From positions 1-45,651 of the forward strand of contig NJDP01000001.1 of the NCBI GenBank assembly GCA_002254665.1: DNA of 45,651 nt. Reading direction: 5' to 3'. Shown one piece after another: positions 36,848 to 45,337 of the stretch (positions are counted from its first letter, which is position 1; the number at the start of each line of letters is the position of its first letter). Origin of the DNA: Desulfurococcales archaeon ex4484_58 (GTDB lineage Archaea > Thermoproteota > Thermoprotei_A > Sulfolobales > Desulfurococcaceae). The notes below the pieces were generated by a model, which made no database searches, was not told where the DNA came from, and saw only the letters and a program-made list of their open reading frames with translations. The position numbers and the translations under genes were made by a program.

Positions 36848-39800
36848 ATGACTGTAGATGTTAATCCAGTATACGAGAAACTATGTCCAATATGTGGAGG
36901 CAGAGCATCTGTCTCAGAAATAAAAATGTATGGTTCATGTAGAAGGTGTAGTACTAGAGAAAAAACAGTCTTAAATGCATTAACACTCCATCAAGTACTA
37001 TTAGATGAACAGAGAGAATTCAATAGTTTCTTCCAAAAAATAACCAACGGATATAAACCATGGGGTGCACAAGAAACATGGTTAAAACGATTACTAAACA
37101 ATGAGAATACAGTCATAATAGCACCAACTGGTATGGGTAAAACAACCCTCCTCCTAGCATACGCACTATACGCTTCAACCCGTTATCAGAAGAAAACATT
37201 AATATTGACACCAACGAAGACACTAGCAAAACAAACATATTTGAAACTATTAGAATATAGTGATAGATTAGACAATAGAAGACCTAAGATCCTATACTAC
37301 GACTCAAGTCTAAGTAAGAAGAAGAGAGAAGAACTATTAGAGAAGATCAAGAATGGAGAATACAATATACTAGTACTAACCAATCACTTCTTGATCAAAA
37401 GATTCGATCTACTAAGCAATGATCATATCCATATAGTAATGATCGACGATGTAGATGCACTATTGAAAAACAACAAGAATATAGCAAAACTACTCAAGTT
37501 ACTAGGGTATAGTGATGAACTAATTGAGAAAGTGAAGGAAAAACACAGGATTATATGGAAGATAATACTGTCGAAAACATTTGAGAAAGAAGAACTAATT
37601 GATCAATACATCCATAAACTAATAGAGATAGAGGAGGAAATAGAAGAATTAATGAGAAAAACTAAGAAGAGACAAGTAATAATAGCTTCCGCAACAGGTA
37701 AAATGAAAGGTTCAAATGCTAAAATACTTAGAGAACTTTTAAGGATCGATGTATCCGGTATAACTATATATGGGAGAAACATAACCGATACATATAAGTT
37801 AATAGATAATGATCCATCGGAGATCAATAAAATACTTACAACCCTTGGAAAAGGGGGATTAATACTAGTAAGCCCTAGACACCCGTTTAGAGAAAAAATA
37901 GATTCTATAGTACAAAGTATTATCAAAGAATTAAGGAATAAAGGGTTTAGAGTTGAAGAAGCTACACCATCAAATGTGAAGAAGTTTATTGAAGGAGAAA
38001 TAGATTATTTGATTGGGAGCTCAAGCTATTATGGAATATGTGTCCGTGGAATAGATGCTCCAAAAACTATTAGATACGTTGTATTCCTAGGTACACCAGT
38101 CTTTACAGTAGAACTAGATACTCTATTAGCATCCCCCAATATGCTGGTTAGAACCGCTCTATTTCTAGCTGAATACTATGGAGAAAATAGATATAGAAGA
38201 ATAGCTTGCGAGATTAGAAAGAAAATATTTACATTAACAAATAGTGAGTTAAGAATAATTTCGATGTTATTAAAAAAGAAGCTTACATTAAATGATCTAA
38301 ACAATAAGAAACTAGAGAATGTTTACAAATCTCTCGAGGAATACTATAGAGATATACTAAACGATCTAAAGGCACTGCTCAGTAGAGAAAAAGTATTAGA
38401 AGTAAACACGTTAACGTTCTATTATAATGGAGAGAAGTATGTAGCGATGATACCGGATGTACTAACATATATTCAGGGTAGTGGGAGAGCTAGTAGATTA
38501 TATCTAGGCAGGATGACCCATGGATTATCAATAATATTTGAATTCCATGAACTATCAAATCTAGTTAAAGCATTAGACCTAAAACTAAGCTTCTACAGCG
38601 GATCAAGACTATTTAGAGAACTTGATAAGATCGATTTAGAGAAGGAATTAGATGAGATAATAAGTTCTCGGAGAAACATAGATATACCCGGTAGTATAAA
38701 GTATAAGAATATCCTAGTAGTAGTAGAATCACCTACTAAAGCAAAATCTATTGCTAAATTCTTTGGTAAACCAGTTAAGAGGAAGATTGGAACAGTAAAT
38801 ATCTATGAAATACCATTTGTTAAAAACAATGAAGTATATCATTTAAATATTATGGCTACACGTGGACACATATATGATTTAACAACTAACCCTAAAACAC
38901 CTAATCACGGAATAGTGTTTAACCATAAAGAGATTCAGCCACACTATGATACGATCAAGAGATGCCGTGTATGTGGTCATCAATTCACATACGGTGATCA
39001 ATGTCCAAGATGTGGAAGTAGAAGCTATATCGATTCATTAGAAATAATTAATGTACTAAGGAAACTAGCTGGAGAAGCTCATGAGATCTATATAGCAACA
39101 GACCCTGATATTGAGGGTGAAAAGATAGCTTATGATGTCTACTTAGTTGTTAAAGAATTCAACAAGAATATTTGGAGAATAGAACTACATGAGATCACCT
39201 TGAGAGAATTCATGAAAGCACTGGAAAGGAAGAGAAGTATAGATGAAAAACTAGTTGAAGCAGAGATCTATAGAAGAAGCCTTGATCGATTAATAGGTTT
39301 TAGTCTAAGCCATGAACTATGGAGAAAATATGGTAAGAAATGGTTTGGAGCTGGACGGGTTCAGACACCAGTTTTAGGATGGATTATTGATAAGTATAAT
39401 GAGTACTCCCGGAATAAATGTAGAAAACTAGTGTTCCGGGTGAAAGATTATCCTAGAATACACTTATCTATATGTATACCATATAAAGACAGGGATCTAT
39501 ATGATAAGCTATCTAGTATCGGAAAGGCCCGGTTTAAACACGTTAAAACCTATATAGAGACTATAAATCCAAAACCACCCTATACAACTGATGAACTACT
39601 ATATGATGCTAGTAGATATGGTATATCATCATCTACAACTATGAAAATAGCACAGGAACTATTTGAATCAGGATTAATAACATATCATAGAACAAACCAC
39701 CACTACATATCATCAACCGGCATCTCTATAGCTATGAAGTATTTGGAAGAAAAGAAACTAATAGAATATAGTAAACCAAGCCATTGGGGCGAACCGGGAG

Positions 39801-40504
39801 CACATGAAGCTATTAGACCAGTCCATCCCCTCGATAGAATGGATCTAGAGAAAACTGTAGCTGAAGGATTGATCAATCCCATTATACCACTAACTCATCT
39901 CCACTATAGAATATATGATCTAATATTCAAGAGATTTATTAGCAGTCAGATGAAGCCTTATCGTGTATTGAGACGGGAATACCTAGTAGAGCTTGGTGAG
40001 GGGTATAGTGAGAAACTAGTATTAGATGTTGGGATCGTGGAGAATGGATTTAATTTGATAGTAAAACCCCGAGTCTATGAAGAATTAAGAAATATATTAG
40101 AGTTTGAATCGGATATAGAGTTGATAGTCAGCAGGATCGCATCTAAAACAGTATTGTATAACGAGGGTGGAATTATTAAGAAGATGAAAAATGAAGGTTT
40201 AGGAAGACCTAGTACATATGCTAAGATCATCTCTAGTATAGCTAGACATGGCTATATTATTAGGTCTAAGAAGAGAAACTATCTAATACCAACGAAAACT
40301 GGTGTTGAAGTCTATGGTTTCTTAACAAGTAATTATCCAGAACTAGTATCGGTCGAGACTACTAGGAGGATGGAAGAAATGATCGATCGGATAGCATGTG
40401 GGGAACTATCTTGTGGAGAAGCATTAACAACTATATATGGGTTGATCAAGGAATATAAGCTTCCACTATCCATAATTGAGGTAGAAACTAGTATTTCCTC
40501 TTAA
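36848..40504 (+). CDS. rgy: reverse gyrase (helicase-like domain plus type IA topoisomerase), no intein
   Basis: N-terminal zinc finger CPICGG...CRRC, Walker A APTGMGKTT, DDVD, Toprim IATDPDIEGE, second zinc finger CRVCGH..CPRCG, TYHRT active-site Tyr region. The track ORF starts at 36653, but that extension is antisense to albA. Confidence 0.93.
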   Translation: MTVDVNPVYEKLCPICGGRASVSEIKMYGSCRRCSTREKTVLNALTLHQVLLDEQREFNSFFQKITNGYKPWGAQETWLKRLLNNENTVIIAPTGMGKTTLLLAYALYASTRYQKKTLILTPTKTLAKQTYLKLLEYSDRLDNRRPKILYYDSSLSKKKREELLEKIKNGEYNILVLTNHFLIKRFDLLSNDHIHIVMIDDVDALLKNNKNIAKLLKLLGYSDELIEKVKEKHRIIWKIILSKTFEKEELIDQYIHKLIEIEEEIEELMRKTKKRQVIIASATGKMKGSNAKILRELLRIDVSGITIYGRNITDTYKLIDNDPSEINKILTTLGKGGLILVSPRHPFREKIDSIVQSIIKELRNKGFRVEEATPSNVKKFIEGEIDYLIGSSSYYGICVRGIDAPKTIRYVVFLGTPVFTVELDTLLASPNMLVRTALFLAEYYGENRYRRIACEIRKKIFTLTNSELRIISMLLKKKLTLNDLNNKKLENVYKSLEEYYRDILNDLKALLSREKVLEVNTLTFYYNGEKYVAMIPDVLTYIQGSGRASRLYLGRMTHGLSIIFEFHELSNLVKALDLKLSFYSGSRLFRELDKIDLEKELDEIISSRRNIDIPGSIKYKNILVVVESPTKAKSIAKFFGKPVKRKIGTVNIYEIPFVKNNEVYHLNIMATRGHIYDLTTNPKTPNHGIVFNHKEIQPHYDTIKRCRVCGHQFTYGDQCPRCGSRSYIDSLEIINVLRKLAGEAHEIYIATDPDIEGEKIAYDVYLVVKEFNKNIWRIELHEITLREFMKALERKRSIDEKLVEAEIYRRSLDRLIGFSLSHELWRKYGKKWFGAGRVQTPVLGWIIDKYNEYSRNKCRKLVFRVKDYPRIHLSICIPYKDRDLYDKLSSIGKARFKHVKTYIETINPKPPYTTDELLYDASRYGISSSTTMKIAQELFESGLITYHRTNHHYISSTGISIAMKYLEEKKLIEYSKPSHWGEPGAHEAIRPVHPLDRMDLEKTVAEGLINPIIPLTHLHYRIYDLIFKRFISSQMKPYRVLRREYLVELGEGYSEKLVLDVGIVENGFNLIVKPRVYEELRNILEFESDIELIVSRIASKTVLYNEGGIIKKMKNEGLGRPSTYAKIISSIARHGYIIRSKKRNYLIPTKTGVEVYGFLTSNYPELVSVETTRRMEEMIDRIACGELSCGEALTTIYGLIKEYKLPLSIIEVETSISS

Positions 40505-40781
40505 CATGAATAGCTATAAATGACCGGAGCCTACCACGTCTCCTCTCACTACCGATCTCAATCTTCTCCAACACGATGCCCTCACCTAGTCTATGGCGAA
40601 GCTCATTATATATATCAACAGCTTTACTAATATAGTCGCCAAAACCCTTGATCACAATATGATCTATTCCCTCTTGAAAACTAATAATGATATCAAATAC
40701 ATAATCATCAAGAGGTTTCCTACCAACATCAATAGTTCTCGAAATACCAGAACTCAACAATAACACCCTCCACAAAATCAA
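40488..40781 (-). CDS. Alba-family protein, divergent paralog (Alba2-like)
   Basis: GRKPLDDYVFDII...HIVIKGFGDYISKAVDIYNELRHR. Confidence 0.8.
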   Translation of the reverse strand: MILWRVLLLSSGISRTIDVGRKPLDDYVFDIIISFQEGIDHIVIKGFGDYISKAVDIYNELRHRLGEGIVLEKIEIGSERRRGRLRSFIAIHVKRKY

Positions 40782-40863
40782 TCACAAACATACCTATAAG
40801 AAAGAACATATATTGAACAACATTAATAAACACAACGATAACAATACCACCAATAAACGAAAT

Positions 40864-40899
40864 CTCCACACGAAATAAGGGAGGATACTGGGGAGTATC
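40864..40899 (+). repeat. ORB-like element E
   Basis: CTCCACACGAAATAAGGGAGGATACTGGGGAGTATC. Confidence 0.5.
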
Positions 40900-40962
40900 C
40901 TATGAACCAATATAAACAAAATCAAGACCATCTCTCTTAATGGTAAATTGGTTACACACCAA

Positions 40963-41000
40963 GTAACCCCCCAGTATCACACCCCTATTTCCTATGGAAA
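40963..41000 (-). repeat. ORB-like element D
   Basis: Minus strand reads TTTCCATAGGAAATAGGGGTGTGATACTGGGGGGTTAC. Confidence 0.6.
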
Positions 41001-41062
41001 TCAATTAAATTTCTCATGAAGGTATTAAAGGAGACTCTCAGTTGTAGAGGAGTTAGTTTCTT

Positions 41063-41100
41063 TTCACAGGAAACATAGGGGTGGCACTCCCCGGTGTCAC
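41063..41100 (+). repeat. ORB-like element A
   Basis: TTCACAGGAAACATAGGGGTGGCACTCCCCGGTGTCAC. Confidence 0.65.
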
Positions 41101-41173
41101 CTATTTAAAACACACTAAAACTAAAGAGTAGATTATCAATTCTAAAAAACATTTATCATAATATCTTATAGTA

Positions 41174-41200
41174 GGCACAACCCCTATATTTCGCTTGGAA
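41174..41200 (-). repeat. ORB-like element G (shorter)
   Basis: Minus strand reads TTCCAAGCGAAATATAGGGGTTGTGCC. Confidence 0.5.
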
Positions 41201-41333
41201 AAATAATCTAACTTTATGTATGGAAAAATATTTTTAATCAAAGCTACTTTATAGATCATTACTATTAAGATAATCTTCATTATACAAACCATTAACTGTA
41301 ATATCTGAAAAATGATTATGAACAAACTAATTT

Positions 41334-41363
41334 TTCCATAGGAAATAATGGGGTCGGGGGCTC
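41334..41363 (+). repeat. ORB-like element F
   Basis: TTCCATAGGAAATAATGGGGTCGGGGGCTC. Confidence 0.55.
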
Positions 41364-41389
41364 AATAGTATATACTACGAGGTAGTGGG

Positions 41390-41425
41390 TCGAGTGGAAG
41401 CATAGGGGTGATACTGGGGAGTTAC
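41390..41425 (+). repeat. ORB-like element B
   Basis: TCGAGTGGAAGCATAGGGGTGATACTGGGGAGTTAC. Confidence 0.6.
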
Positions 41426-41488
41426 ATCAAATAAATAGTAATAAATGAGAATAGGAAGTAAACATTAATAACTATGAGTTCAAGTGGG

Positions 41489-41523
41489 TCCAGTAGAAAC
41501 ATAGGGGTGGCACTCCCCGGTAC
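41489..41523 (+). repeat. ORB-like element C
   Basis: TCCAGTAGAAACATAGGGGTGGCACTCCCCGGTAC. Confidence 0.65.
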
Positions 41524-41562
41524 CATTTAAACAATAAGATACACAACATAGAAAAAATAAAA

Positions 41563-41570
41563 CCATATAA
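41563..41570 (+). promoter_or_regulatory. possible TATA box for the RNase P RNA gene
   Basis: CATATAAA lies about 27-30 nt upstream of the first paired nucleotide of P1. Confidence 0.3.
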
Positions 41571-41598
41571 ACATAAGAAAATAATATTGAAAAACCCA

Positions 41599-41993
41599 CC
41601 GCAAAACCCTCCACCCCTCTCAGGGGTAGAGCCTCCACTACGCCCCGGGAGAGATCAGATCTCTCCGGGGCGAGGAAACACCGCACACCCCGTAGAACCA
41701 TGGCCCCGTGAAGGGGCACGGCGAATAGCCGTGGCTCCGGCACAGAAACGACACGGCCACCACACAGATGGCGATGAGACGGTGTGGGGTCTCCGGTGAC
41801 GGGGGCCCGGTAACCCGTCGAGGACGGTGGTGGATGCGTTGAAACGGCCGGTCCCATGGGGTGCAAGGCCCCTGAATTGTTTAGGGGGGATGAGGTCTAC
41901 GCGATCCCCGGTGGGGGCCGCTTAGTCTAATGTGGAGGTATTTACAGAATGCGGGTTATGCTCTATCCCTGAGAGGGGTGGAGGGTTTTGCGG
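41599..41993 (+). ncRNA. rnpB: RNase P RNA (archaeal type A)
   Basis: A ~395-nt GC-rich island. CR-I GAGGAAAC(A)CCGC lies at 41672-41684 and CR-V ACAGAAUGCGGGUUAU at 41944-41959; together they form P4 with a single bulged A. P1 is 27 bp perfect (41599-41625 / 41967-41993). P2 is CCTCCAC/GTGGAGG and the P3 hairpin is 41643-41669. P8/P9-like GNRA-type hairpins and the GGCACAGAAAC element are present. Confidence 0.88.
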
Positions 41994-42002
41994 AGATGGG
42001 GT

Positions 42003-42010
42003 TGTTTTTT
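42003..42010 (+). terminator. oligo-T terminator after the RNase P RNA
   Basis: GTTGTTTTTT lies 8-17 nt after the P1 3' strand. Confidence 0.45.
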
Positions 42011-42512
42011 AGCATGGTGGGTTTTCCCAGTATTTTTTGATTGTTTTTTCTAGTTCTTCTTGTTTTTCTGCTTTACTGTATTCTTCTAATATTTCTTGGT
42101 TTAGTTTATGGAAGGTGTTCATCCATTTATATAGTTTTATTAATTTATTGTATATGTTTTTGAAACCTGTTATGTACAGTGATGCTGCTACTGCTTCTAT
42201 GCTTGATAATATACATGGTTTTCCATAGTTTACCGGGTTTCCGGGTAGGAGTGGTGGTAGTTTATAGTGTTTACCTCTTATCCCCTTAAACCTGGTTGGT
42301 GATAGTTTCTTCCAACTAGCATCCAAAACTACTAATCCATATTTCTCAATATATTCTCTACACCATCTACCTAGATAGTTTATTGCATAAGGGTTTAAGA
42401 CTACCGGATATCCTCTAATCTTTCTAGGGTGGATCCTATATGCTATCCCATATCTAATCATTTTTAACGAGGTATTCTTCTTTGGATCATCTTCTCTAAA
42501 ATAAATAACCAT
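42009..42512 (-). CDS. tsr3: Tsr3-family 16S rRNA aminocarboxypropyltransferase
   Basis: DPKKNTSLKM, VVLDASWKK and LLPGNPVNYGKP..LSSIEAVAA motifs. The ORF is open to 42548; Met at 42512 (MVIYFRE...) is the likely start. Confidence 0.8.
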   Translation of the reverse strand: MVIYFREDDPKKNTSLKMIRYGIAYRIHPRKIRGYPVVLNPYAINYLGRWCREYIEKYGLVVLDASWKKLSPTRFKGIRGKHYKLPPLLPGNPVNYGKPCILSSIEAVAASLYITGFKNIYNKLIKLYKWMNTFHKLNQEILEEYSKAEKQEELEKTIKKYWENPPC

Positions 42513-42640
42513 GATCTTTACTCTTTCATCAATAAGCATTTCAATCAACTATATCAATAAGATTTTTTATATCAAAATATATTCTTATATATCAAAGAAT
42601 ATCTTTATTATAACCAAATACGGTCTAGGGTGGATGAGAA

Positions 42641-42883
42641 TTGGCTGGAGCAATAGTTTTGATCCAGACAGAGATCGGTGCAGAGTCTAGAGTTATGGAT
42701 GAATTAATGAAGATCCCTGAAATCAAGGAAGCATACATTGTATATGGTACGTACGATGTTGTAGTAAAGATTGAAGCAGATACTCTAGAGAAGATTAGAG
42801 AAGTAATAACTGATAAGATTAGAAAACTCACAGATATAAGGACAACAGTTACTATGATAATTGTCGAGAAGAAACAGAAGTAA
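42641..42883 (+). CDS. stand-alone Lrp/AsnC ligand-binding (RAM) domain protein
   Basis: 80 aa with a beta-alpha-beta-beta-alpha-beta pattern (...EIKEAYIVYGTYDVVVKIEA...). Confidence 0.7.
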   Translation: MAGAIVLIQTEIGAESRVMDELMKIPEIKEAYIVYGTYDVVVKIEADTLEKIREVITDKIRKLTDIRTTVTMIIVEKKQK

Positions 42884-42906
42884 AACATCATAAATACTCT
42901 ACTTTT

Positions 42907-43188
42907 TTAAGTTTCATTCTCTCCTTTATCTCTAGCAAGAATCTTCTTCATATCCATGATCTTATCTTCTGTTAAATCAGAAGCATCGAGGTTACTATGT
43001 AGTTCTTCGAGGATCCAGGAAACAACATGTTCAATCCTATTTATCTCTCTTTCATTTGTATCACTCCTACTTTTTAATGACATTATTTCGTCTAGTAAGA
43101 GTTTCTGAACTCTCCATAACTTATCAATTTTATTCTCTAATTCACTGACTCTATCTCTTAATCTCTTCTCTACAACTTCCAAGAACAT
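42907..43188 (-). CDS. hypothetical coiled-coil protein
   Basis: 93-aa ORF with heptad-like charged sequence. Confidence 0.4.
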   Translation of the reverse strand: MFLEVVEKRLRDRVSELENKIDKLWRVQKLLLDEIMSLKSRSDTNEREINRIEHVVSWILEELHSNLDASDLTEDKIMDMKKILARDKGENET

Positions 43189-43369
43189 ACACCATATACT
43201 TTCAACTACTATACATAAAAATGGTATTAGTTAATATTGTATGAACAAATATATATATTTTATGCATCTTAAATACAAAATCAAACTAGAAACACAGTAA
43301 GTTAATTATCTTATAGTTTCTATTAAATGAAACCATACATTAAAAGTAGAGAATATAGGAAATAATAAG

Positions 43370-43477
43370 TGGACCGGCCGGGATTTGAACCCGGGACCTT
43401 CGGCTTTCTTCGACCCCGGTCAAAGACCCGATGAGGCCATGCAAGGCCGACGCTCTTCCAGGCTGAGCTACCGGCCC
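43370..43477 (-). tRNA. tRNA-Ala (anticodon UGC) with a ~34-nt intron after position 37 (about 43406-43439)
   Basis: Hand-folded. Acceptor GGGCCGG/CCGGTCC with the G3:U70 Ala identity pair, D-arm GCTC/GAGC, anticodon stem TCGGC/GCCGA, loop CU-UGC-A, T-arm CCGGG-TTCAAAT-CCCGG. Confidence 0.9.
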
Positions 43478-43890
43478 ATCTTTTCCTACTAATCTATATT
43501 TGTATCTCATTATGTAAGGGTTTATATTCTTTTTAATTTATGTCTTCTTTATACATCTCAAGATCTTCTAGATCACTTGCTCAACTTGTCTTTATAGCTG
43601 TTTTTCTTTCTCGGGATACTTGGTTTTATTTGTAAATAATATTTTCTATTTTCTCGATCCTTAAATTAATTATTTCTATACCATACCTATACGCTTCTCT
43701 AATATGTAGGTATTCATATATGGTTGTTGTTAAAGCGATCTATGTAAGAGTTGTCAGTATACCTAAAATAATTGTATAAGGTAGAAAAGAGATACTTTGA
43801 AGTCTTACATTTTATTACCTAATTTATAGAATAGGTCGAAGGCTATTTTTATATGTTTGTTTAAAGAGTACCTGCCACATCAACTCGTTA

Positions 43891-44079
43891 TTATACTATT
43901 CTTACACGATTAACTTTCTTATTCTGCCAACTATATCTACGTATTCTCTTTGAACGGCCGAAACCACATGCTGCACAATACCCTTTCGCTACATTAAACG
44001 CGTTTCTACCACATCTCCTACATCTTATATGAGTCTTGCTCCTACCATGTTTACCCATACTAGGTGTTCCTTTACCCAT
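43891..44079 (-). CDS. rpl37e: 50S ribosomal protein L37e
   Basis: [28 protein letters not shown]...CAACGFG zinc ribbon. Confidence 0.92.
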   Translation of the reverse strand: MGKGTPSMGKHGRSKTHIRCRRCGRNAFNVAKGYCAACGFGRSKRIRRYSWQNKKVNRVRIV

Positions 44080-44095
44080 AACCCTTCACACCCCG

Positions 44096-44362
44096 TTACT
44101 CTTCAGTTGGTGATACAAGGATTACAGTATCTCCTCTAATAACTATTGTTCCTAGTTTACGTGTTGTTCCATCATTCTTTAGTTCTTCCGCGTCATCGAG
44201 CACTATGTTTAAGTGGAGATCATAGCTTTTAAGTTTACCTCTTATCTCCATATCACCCTTTATTCTTATCAATACTCTGTTTCCAAGATTTTCCTGTAAT
44301 AATTTGTGTGCAGTTTCACTCAAAACTATAGGCACCCCGGTTCTATAACGTATTTTTATCAC
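44096..44362 (-). CDS. Sm-like archaeal protein (SmAP/LSm)
   Basis: Sm1/Sm2 motifs (VLIRIKGDMEIRGKLKSYDLHLNIVLDDAEE ... IVIRGDTVILV). The SmAP-L37e gene pair is conserved in archaea. Confidence 0.88.
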   Translation of the reverse strand: MIKIRYRTGVPIVLSETAHKLLQENLGNRVLIRIKGDMEIRGKLKSYDLHLNIVLDDAEELKNDGTTRKLGTIVIRGDTVILVSPTEE

Positions 44363-44381
44363 TAACGAGCGTTGGGGATAT

Positions 44382-44927
44382 ATGGTTTATTCTATCTTAA
44401 TATCTCTATTTAGAGTTTATATATTATTTGGTGAATTAGTTTTGGGTAGGAGGCATGTTTTGTCTAAGAGGGATAAAAAGAAGATTCTTAGTGAATTAAA
44501 CAGTTTCTATACAAATCTTAACATTAGTAGAGATGATGTATTAGAATTGTTTGAAGAAAGAAACATGTATAGGATACTGTTGATCAACGGTGAACCCGGG
44601 TTCTTCTATTATAACAGTAAATGGTTTCCTCACTTGAAACTATTACTTAAGAAACTAGATATTGGTGCTCCAATTGTTGTAGTCGATACTGGTGCTGTTA
44701 AACCATTATTGAGAGGAGCTGATCTAATGGCTCCTGGTATTAGGGAGATAAAGGGATCTTTTAAACCAGGCGATCCTGTTATAGTTGTTGAAGAGAAAAT
44801 GGGTAAACCATTCATGGTTGGAGTTGCTTTGATCAGTTCCATGGATATAGTTTCTGGTAGAGTTAAGCGTGGTAAGGTTGTTGAGAATATTCATAGGATA
44901 GGGGATAAGCTTTGGAATATCGTCTAG
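44382..44927 (+). CDS. PUA-domain RNA-binding protein (pre-PUA plus PUA, MCT-1/Tma20-like)
   Basis: C-terminal PUA motifs (LLRGADLMAPGI ... GDPVIVV ... GVAL). TTG 44442 ((M)GRRHVLSKRD...) is a likely true start. Confidence 0.75.
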   Translation: MVYSILISLFRVYILFGELVLGRRHVLSKRDKKKILSELNSFYTNLNISRDDVLELFEERNMYRILLINGEPGFFYYNSKWFPHLKLLLKKLDIGAPIVVVDTGAVKPLLRGADLMAPGIREIKGSFKPGDPVIVVEEKMGKPFMVGVALISSMDIVSGRVKRGKVVENIHRIGDKLWNIV

Positions 44928-44929
44928 CT

Positions 44930-45232
44930 TTATATAAGATTATCTTGTTTCTCTTCAAGGTTTCTACGTCTATTCATATATACCCCTAATCCACCAATAC
45001 ATATAATGATCCCTGCTAGACCTGTATAGTAGGTTGTTGTGGTGAGGTTTTTTAGATTCCAATACTCTTTTTCATATGACTCATTATATGCTCTTTCAAT
45101 TAATCCTCTTGGTGATTCATAGTATGTTATCTTTGATGAATAGCTAATATTTATGATCAGAGACACTAATGCTATGAATAATGATAAACCAATTATTATT
45201 AATAAGCTAGTATTTATTAGGTCGTTAAACAT
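44930..45232 (-). CDS. hypothetical membrane protein (2 TM)
   Basis: 100-aa ORF with N- and C-terminal hydrophobic helices. Confidence 0.4.
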   Translation of the reverse strand: MFNDLINTSLLIIIGLSLFIALVSLIINISYSSKITYYESPRGLIERAYNESYEKEYWNLKNLTTTTYYTGLAGIIICIGGLGVYMNRRRNLEEKQDNLI

Positions 45233-45337
45233 TATACATCATCACCATATACCATAATAATTATTATTTTAAAGAGCACTAATAAGTTGTATCTATAGAT
45301 ACTCATTGTTTCAGATAGATATGGGAGTGTGAAAGTT

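Larger units (their letters stand above)
40864..41523. other. candidate chromosomal replication origin (oriC): 7 ORB-like elements plus AT-rich unwinding segments
   Basis: See the ORB repeats listed next. There is no credible ORF. The stretches 41101-41173 and 41201-41333 are extremely AT-rich. Confidence 0.65.

Noticed and set aside
9943-40504. Inteins in RtcB, RadA, Topo VI, XPB or reverse gyrase
   Set aside because: All five proteins read through their conserved motifs without large insertions and show no Cys/Ser...HN-Cys/Ser/Thr splice-junction signatures.
41101-41325. 74-aa ORF on the minus strand
   Set aside because: Its low-complexity Ile/Lys/Phe-rich translation comes from the AT-rich putative unwinding element. 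No start context or homology is evident.
40864-41523. The GC-rich repeats could be a degenerate or orphan CRISPR array, or a cluster of small RNA genes
   Set aside because: Spacing is irregular (about 55 to 135 nt between copies). The copies lie on both strands and diverge from one another. No cas genes are nearby. The conserved core matches the ORB dyad plus G-string rather than any CRISPR repeat I know.
41480-41866. 128-aa minus-strand ORF and 70-aa plus-strand ORF (41587..41799) as protein genes
   Set aside because: They lie entirely within the RNase P RNA. Their Pro/Gly/Arg-rich translations are the usual artefact of a GC-rich, stop-codon-poor RNA gene in an AT-rich genome.
43478-43890. 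413-bp ORF-free AT-rich gap between tRNA-Ala and rpl37e as a possible ncRNA or second origin
   Set aside because: It has no GC-rich island, no ORB-like dyad or G-string, no box motifs and no notable repeats. It is most simply promoter and terminator space.
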